From positions 124,001-188,000 of the forward strand of contig JAQGDQ010000018.1 in NCBI GenBank assembly GCA_030141605.1: a stretch of 64,000 bases of DNA, given 5' to 3'. The notes below the pieces were generated by a model. That model was not told the origin of the DNA, made no database searches, and saw only the letters and a program-made list of their open reading frames with translations. This document shows, in pieces, positions 52,001 to 61,000 of this stretch. Source of the stretch: Tubiluchus corallicola (lineage: Eukaryota > Animalia > Priapulida). The translations under genes and the position numbers were made by a program. Within the stretch, counting starts at the first letter, position 1. Each line of letters starts with the position of its first letter.

Positions 52001-55000
52001 TTGCTCTGTCAATGTGATGGTCTTACGAAATCGTGTACATAACAAATTCGCAAAACGTAAAAATGGTTTAGTGATGTTTACTGCAATGCACAAATTCTGA
52101 ACATTTAGTTATATGTTGCTGCAGTAAAGTGAAACATAGAATATGTGCCTTAACAATGAACGTTAAGAGATACCAGCTGCCACTAGCAAATTCTATTTCT
52201 CTGTACGTGTATTCTTACATATTTTCACCTATCAACTACAGCCCCTTGCCTACAGCGGACAGGCTGATCTTGTTTTCTGTAATTAACACACAAATTGTTA
52301 TTGGGTGACAAAAGTTAATAAGCCTAGGTTCTCTATTGTGCATGTGTACCAAACAGTAAAATTTTGATGAACTGGCAACGTAATACTGAAAATTAAAAAC
52401 ACTTTAGACAAACCCAGCGAACCTGCCGAAATCAGAATAAAAGCGATATCAGCTAAAGATGCAACTGCTGAATGGGATGCACCTACTGATGATGGAGGCT
52501 GCGAGATACTAGACTTCATAGTCGAGATATGTGATGAAGATACGCCTGATCGGTGAATGTTCTATTTTTTATTTAATTACGAAATTATTAGTTTACACTT
52601 TCGTTCTTTAATTCCAGTTAACTATTTATAAGTTTTACCCTGTCAAAACCATGATAAGTATCACCCTGTTAGTTTTATGCAATGATTTATAACTTGTGTG
52701 AAAACAACTATAGAACTGAGTTTGTTTTATGCTCATAGGTGGAAGCAAGTAACTAAGACAAAGGAAAAATCGTGCAATATACCCAATCTGAAAGAAGATC
52801 ATGAGTATAAAGTCAGAGTAGCTGCTGAAAATGAGATTGGAAAGGGTCCAACAAAAGAGACTACTGCACCTTTTGCTGCAGTGGATAAACCAAGTAAGGC
52901 CTTATTGTGCTCTTTACTTAACAGTTGCTGTTTCGACACTTTGTAAGACTTTCTTTATTTTTAATCGAATTTTTTATTTTCTAATATTGAAATAACAACA
53001 ATGTCAGTAATTAATGCTTTTGTGCATAAAATTTAGGGCAAGCATTTTTTGTATAATATTTTTAATTCTGGCTTGTTTTCTTCTGTAAGGAATAACTTAA
53101 ATGTTAATATCAGGCATTTTTCTCTTTTTGCTAAAGTGGCTCCAGAGTTCAAAGTTGGTGATAAATATGCAGATGGGTATACAATTAGAGCCGGTCAACC
53201 AATTAAACTTGATGTCCCATTTCGTGCTATTCCACCAGCAGAGGTAGAGTGGCTGTATAATGGAGAAGAGCTAGATAAACCAAATCGATACAAGGTAACT
53301 GGTCAACTATTATTGGTTACCTTCTGGTTCGACAAACACCTGGCACCCGTCTGGTGAGGTTAATGTTTTGTGTTTAATAGAATAAGATTAATTGTTTAGC
53401 TACTTGACTATGAGGCGAGAGAAGTTTTATGAATTAATATTTAAATTTTAGTTTTCTTCTCCTTGTGCAGATTTAAAAAATTTTACCCTCAGGAAAATTA
53501 AAAAATGTGAAGCTGCTTTTCTTGCGTGAAGTGCTTACTAGGACTAAGAATGTCATCTATTGTTTAATCTGTATGCAGATCAGTAGCAGTGCATATTAAG
53601 CCCAGCTTACTCAGTGCAGTCTCACAAATGCTTGCTTGCTGATAACGTACAAAAACTATTGATAAACCTGAAAGAACATGAAGAATGTGTGCACATTTTG
53701 TAGCAATTTATAAGTTATTCCAGAAAATGTATAACTATTATGTACTTAGTGGCCTACAAGAAATTGTTAAGTAAATCATTGCAAAAGGGGATTCTTGTAT
53801 TTCACTCGAGGATATGGTCATTATTAAATGATCAACATTTTGTGTAGAAAATTAAATGTTGTTACCATGCAAAAAAAATGCTAGGCGTTGATAAGAAAAT
53901 ATCAATTGCTGCCCAAACTTATTGTGAAATTATAGTTTTTTTAATTATACTGCAATAAAATTAGTTTCCAGTGCCCTGGTGTAAAATTTATAAACGAATG
54001 ATTAGTCTAAACTATTAGACTGGACTAAGCAATAATAGTTGTTTAAACAGCATCATCGCATGAGAAACTAAGTTACACTACTAAACTTTGTGAATAATAA
54101 TTAAAAACTTTACTGAATACTGGGCGTTCAACGATAATAAACTGTATTGCTGTAGAGTGGTATTTGACAACATTTTGTTGCACATGTAGTGCATACAAAG
54201 TGTAGAAGTCTGAAATGAGCATACCAGTCTTGCTTGTAACCAACAGTCAACACACAGAATAAGAACTTAAATTAAAAAACTAGGAAACACTAATTAATTT
54301 GGTACAAACACAGTTTTTATTCGTTTGAAAGGTTGTTTTCTCATATATGTTTTGTCTAGTGACACCTTTGTCTCTAAGTCTTTTTTGGCTTGGAGAAACT
54401 TATGAATCTGGGCCTTTCTAATCTTTCTAGGCACTATACATCTGCTTTACTAATACCCCAAGTACAACATTTTTTCCATTGTGATGCTTCTGTTTTACTT
54501 CGAAACAAATTTTTGTTGCAGAATCTTGTATGGTACAAAGAAATAAAATTATATTATTAGTAATTTACAGTACACATCTGACTTTGACTCTCGTATTATA
54601 TTTCAATGCATACTCTAGGTATGTTTCCGAGTCAGTTTTGCAATACTGCCCATCAGCTGAGAAGATAAAAGGAATGCCTACTTGGCCATTGCGAGCCAGT
54701 CCCCTGATGGCTGATTGGCACTTCCCAATTGATGTATTGAGTACGTGTACCAGTTCATTATCGTGGCTAATAATTTATTAATTGTTAATAAAATGTCATC
54801 ATCTGCTTTTTAATAGGTTGAAAACAGCAAAGCCAAAAGCATAATAACAGTACGCGATACCAAACGAGTCGATGATAAAGGAGAGTACACCATCAAATTG
54901 AAGAATGATCTTGGTGAAAAGACTTACACTGTTGATGTGAATGTAATAGGTAAGTACTTTTGAGATCATATTACAAATGTCCAACAATGTCCAGTACTAA

Positions 55001-58000
55001 TGACCTTTTACATACAGATTAATTGTTGATTTAATAATTATTATCATTTCAGTAATTTTAAGTGAATTTTATTATCCATCGCTTTATTGCTGCTGTAGAT
55101 AAACCTGGCGCTCCAAAAGATGTTCGTGTTATGGATATTACACCTAAAGATGCGATAATTGAATGGGATGAGCCAGAAGATGATGGTGGCATCCAGATTA
55201 TAGACTTTGTGGTAGAGGTTTGTGACATGGATAACCCTGAAAGGTATATCATTATTTGTTTATGTGTGGAGAATTATTTGCATCTTTTGCATTTTCCGTT
55301 TAAATTATTCAATTACTTTTCTTACGTTAACAACTTTTTTAATGTTCCTTGATAGATAAAAATTTCCTAAAATAAACCCAGGCTTTTATAGCACAAATTC
55401 CGTACCAGTATGATAAAAATTACAGTAAATCATCAAAAAAATCCAGTTCATATCACTAGTATTTTATTGTAGCAAAGACGATCCAGGTCGTTTTCAAGCT
55501 TTTCTCAACATCATTTTTGGCAGTTCATTTTCTTAACAAAAACAAAAAAGATTTACTACTGAAGTCTGTCTATAAAAATAACTTTATTGTTTAGATGGAA
55601 GCAAGTCACAAAGACTAAGGAAAGAACATGCAAGGTGCCTAGTCTTAAAGAGGACCATGAGTACAAAGTCAGAGTGTCCGCTCAGAATGAAATGGGTAGA
55701 GGACCACCAACTGAATCTGTTTCAATGGTGGCACAGGATAAGCCAAGTATGTTAAAAAGACATTGGTTATGTTTTAAGTAAAGCAATGTTGGTGTATTTA
55801 GCCTTACTTTATCCTGGAAAATTTGTAGCATTATTGGTGAATTGTGAGGACAGTGGTAGTTCTTTTGCAGTTTTTGTGATTAATTTTTCATTTTTTTCAT
55901 GTTAGTGGCTCCAGAACTTAAGATTGGTGACAAGTTCAAAGATGGAGCAACATTTACAGCAGGTGAGCCTGTGAAACTGGACATTCCCTTCCGGGCCATT
56001 CCAACACCAGAAATAGAGTGGGAATATAATGGCAAACCGATAGCTGAAGATAACAGAACTAAGGTATAAACAAAGCTACATTTAAGACTAAACTATTTTC
56101 TGTAGAAAATATTTAGTGCTCTTTGGCAGTGTTATTTTCTGTGTTTGCAATGCAAACAAAGCTTTTATTTACTTTTTACAAAATTAGTCGATCAAATTTG
56201 TGTTTTAGTTTGAGTCCAGTAGAAGCAAAGCAGCCTTGACTGTTGGTAATTCCATGAGAGCTGACACTGGTGATTATACGATTAAACTGAAAAATGAACT
56301 TGGAGAAAAAACTTACACCGTAAATGTAAAGGTCATCGGTAAGCAAACTCACATGTATTTTTCGTGATAAGTTGTATAAGACATTTTTTTCAAAACAATA
56401 CAACATACTGAACAAAGGCAATGAAAATTCTAATTATTTGTGTGTGATAAGACTAGTAAGTCTATCTAAGCATTTCCGGGTTCATTTTAAACAATCTTTA
56501 GAGAATGCATTGGCAGCAAAAAAATAGCCTTTTTTAATTTTGTTATTTTTACTAGAGCATTGTAAAGCATTGCAATCCTAATATGGTATTTAGGAACTAA
56601 TACATCTCTGTAACACAGAAATTATTTATACTGGATATGATTTTAAGGTGTTTTTATATCAATCAATGGATGATAATGAGTAAGTTATAGTAAGTTGCAT
56701 GTTTTTCTTCTGTAGATAAACCATCACCTCCCGCTTCTGTTAACATTAAAGATGTATCAGCCAAAGAAGCTACTGCAGAATGGGGTGCACCAGAGGATGA
56801 TGGTGGATGTGAAATTCTAGATTTTATTGTTGAAATTTGCGATGAAGAATCACCTGACAAGTAATTAATTATTTTCACTTTTAGATGAAGCTTCTTCCGG
56901 AGCATCCTCGTTTATTGTAGGGTTAAATAGGCTAAATGTTCCAGACATTGAAACTAAAACACAGTGAATTTAACTCTTATTATTTTTGCAAAATTGAGTA
57001 TTTACAAATTACTTAGTAATTAAATTTATGTTATAGCAATAATTAAGTAATTTGCAATTAGTAAACTTTTAGATATATATGTGTTTGTATGTATAATGGA
57101 TAAGTACTTCTTTTGCAGCTTCTCTTTTTTTACTGTTCTACTGATATATTTCTACTACTTTATTTATTCGATGCATAAAAAAAATTAGAAACAATTGCTT
57201 ACATATTAGCATTCATTAGGTGGCATTCAGTTTCCAAGACCAAGAACAAGTCTTGTCATCTTCCTAACCTAAAGGAAGACCATGAATATAGAGTAAGAGT
57301 ATCAGCTGAAAATAAAGTAGGACAAGGGAAACCAGCCGAAGCTGCCAAAACATTCATAGCAGCCGATAAACCAAGTAAGTTTTTTGAGATTATTACACAC
57401 ATATATTAGTAAATTATTCTGTTAGCATTTTTGCTCTTACCCATTACCACTGAATGTATTCGGTTTAGAATGCACTTGCTTTCAGTACAATAAATGAGAA
57501 CAGTTAAATTTATTATCCTCTGTATGCACCCTGTATACCATACAAAACCACATTGCCATAAGCTAGAATTTCTACTGGAAAGAAATTTTTGTTTTGGTTT
57601 GCCGATAATTGTGCTTTCGGTTTAGTTTCGGTTTCATCGAAATTGGTTAAGTTTTTTGTCAAACTTTTGGTAGTAGTTTTAACAGCCTTTATCTAGTTTA
57701 CCTTAATTTTGCTCCTAGATGTTAAAAACTGCTGAAAAATCTTGGCTAAATGAGTTCAAATGGAGCTAGAATTTCATGCACTTTATAAAGTCATGCTGCT
57801 GCAATTCAGTGCTGACAGTTGTGGAGCTTTGGTTTCTCCACAATCAACCAAACATAAAGTGTAATTTTTTGTAAGACCTTTGGCAGTTTTTGGGCTTTGA
57901 AATTTATAAGTCTGTATCTTGTTTAAAATTTAAGTTTTTGTACAGTTTGTTGTTCATTCTTCTTTTCAAAGACTAGCTTCAGTAGATTTCTATTACCTAA

Positions 58001-61000
58001 GATGTCCATAAATCTGCACTAGCTATATTAAGGAAATTCATATCATGCTTGGAAATGTATTTATTCTTACATTCGTAACATTTTAGTGGCTCCTGTGGTA
58101 CGCTTGGACGATAAGCTCAAAAATGGCTTAACAGTAAAACGAGGAGACACAATTAGTCTTGATGTGACTTATCGAGCTGTACCTCCTCCGCAGGCGTCTT
58201 GGGAATTTAATGGAAAACCTGTCAAAGATGATGCAAGAACTAAAGTTAGTGTCCTTATTTCACTTATGACAAATTATATAAATGAGTTTTTTTGTAAATT
58301 TCTTTACTTAGTTACACTGAAAATTTCTGTTAATTGATTATTAGATAATTTATTCGCACAAAATTTTATGCATGAGCAATTATTTTTCCTATATGATAAA
58401 AATATTTTTACGTAGACATTACTGAGATAACTTATTCACTTCCTAAAATATCTCTATTTTACAGCTTGCAAGTTAATTTTAAAATGAAAAGATATTAACA
58501 ACATAATATTTAAGATTAAACAATAAGTATAATTTCAGTAACTGTTGCTCCATAAACATTAAGATGAGTTTTGCTGGCGAAGTAATCAGTACAACTTTTA
58601 AAATACATTATAAATACCTTAAAATCTGCAGAATGTTGCAAACATAGTTTCCTTTCCAGGTTAACACAAAAAAAGACAAATCAGCTCTTACTGTTAAAGA
58701 TGCCAGAAGAAGTGATAAGGGAGATTATTTATTGAAACTGAAAAATGAAGAGGGTGAAGGCAGTGTAACTATTCCAGTAAATGTTATTGGTATGTATCTT
58801 TAACCTTTCATCAGGATTTTGTAACTTATTCACATTCATTTTAGTCATAACTCTTATTATAATTTTAGTTTTAGTTTTAATCGTTGGAAATTTACAACAG
58901 GTAAATGCTTGTCAGAGAGAATTACAACCAAGTTATTACACCATCGCTATACTTTTGTCAAAACTCAGTTAATCATTTTACAAGCATGTTTATATTGCAC
59001 CATTTCTTTTAGACAAACCAGACCCTCCCACTGATCTGAAGGTTTCGGATGTTACCCAGGATTCTGTCTCGCTTGCCTGGAAGCCTCCCAACGATGATGG
59101 CGGTACACCATTAACCGGATACATTGTGGATAAAAGAAAGAAAGACAGTGATGTTTGGGTGAAAGTGACTATCACCAAAGACACTAAAGCTAAAAGTAAC
59201 AACTTTTGTCTGCTTTTATTTTGATTTACTGTATCAATATTTACATTATTGATAATTTTTTTATACAATTCATATATGTTTATTAATGAGGTTGTTGTAT
59301 TATTAATTTTCAGTACCCGATTTGGAAGAAAACTGCGAATACTTCTTCAGAATAAAAGCGAAGAATGAAATGGGTGAGAGTGAACAATGTGTTACAGACC
59401 AGGCAACATTGATCAAGAAACCACCTGGTTTGTACAGCTTTTTCATTGTTTTAGTCCTATTGTCTGCAAGCTTCAGTGTAATAATTATGATAAATAATTT
59501 ACATATATTTGAAGTTTGCAAGAAGCAAAACTAATGGACAATTTGTATTGACTAAACCGTACCGTTATGTTAATTACTAGCTACGTTACATTGATACATG
59601 TATGTATATTATGTATATCTCCCCTTTAATTCCTATATAGCAAAACTCTTACTTTACAGCACCTCCAAAGCTGAATTTGCCTGATGGGTTAAAAGATGGC
59701 ATAGCTGTTCATGGTGGGGATACTATTAAATTTGATATTCCATTTACTGGTAATCCGCCCCCCGAGGTTACCTGGTTGCACGATGGAAAAGAAATCAAGG
59801 TAAGTTGTCATCTGTTTCCAACAGCCATTTTTGAAACAGGCATCCATTTTACTTGTGAAAGATGTTTTACAGCTGCAGTTTTTTTTTATTATATTTTTGT
59901 AAATTTATAGGCTGATAAAGACACTAGGGTAGAAAAAAGAGATGATCACACTACTCTTACTCTCCATGGTGCAAAGAGGGAAGACAAAGGCAATTACACT
60001 GTTAAAGTGAAGAATAGCGAAGGATCAGATTCTGCTGCCATTCCTGTTAATGTATTAAGTATGTTTTCTTGTTGTAAGAAAAATATAATAAACTTTGTAG
60101 CTTACATCTGTGTAGGCCAAAAGCCAAAATAACTACAGCTGGCTACTGTCGTTGAAATGAAATATTTTATGCTATCATTTCTGTAGACTTTAATATCATT
60201 ATTTTACTGCATGGTTCAGCACTCGGCAAGACAAGATTAGCACTCAATGTCAGGATACATTTATTATCGGAGCTTAACCTGCTGTCATGAATACTTTTGT
60301 AAGAAGAGACATTAAACTGGCAATGAAGTCTCTGTCATGTTGGGATGCTTGTACATGAAGTTAATGAACAATGAAGTTAACAGCCAGCAATAGTGTGAAA
60401 TTTTTTTTGGTAGTCACTCATCCATTTACTGATTAAGCTCAGTGTCATTGTTTCCCTCGCCTACACTAGTGAAAGAGTTATAACCATTAGTATGACAGAA
60501 AAAAAAACCTGCATTTAGTTCATAGGTTGGGAACCTTGTGGGCAGTTTGAAATTTTGTTCAAAACTAGTATCATTCTTTAGGAATCATTCTTTCATGCAT
60601 TGCATTGTACATGATTAATATTTTTGTACAATTTGGTTAAGATGTATGTATTTAAATGTTGTTCTGATTTTGCAGCTAAACCTAAAAAACCAAAAGATCT
60701 CACAGTCTCTGATATAACTGATTTGTCAGTTGTCCTGCACTGGAAGAAACCAGACGATGATGGTGGTTCTGATATCACAGGTAATTTAATCTATTTTGTG
60801 ATTCACTGAGTTAATGCCAACTAATGATTCTTGCGCATTTTTGGCAACTTCTGCTCATTTCATATTTTTGAATGATTAAATGTATTGAATTGGACCAATT
60901 TCAAATTATTTGACACTTACTGAGTCTGGAAGGTATGCTCCATTTTTGCCTCTTTTAGCATACATTGTTGAACGACGTGATGCCACAAGCGATACTTGGG

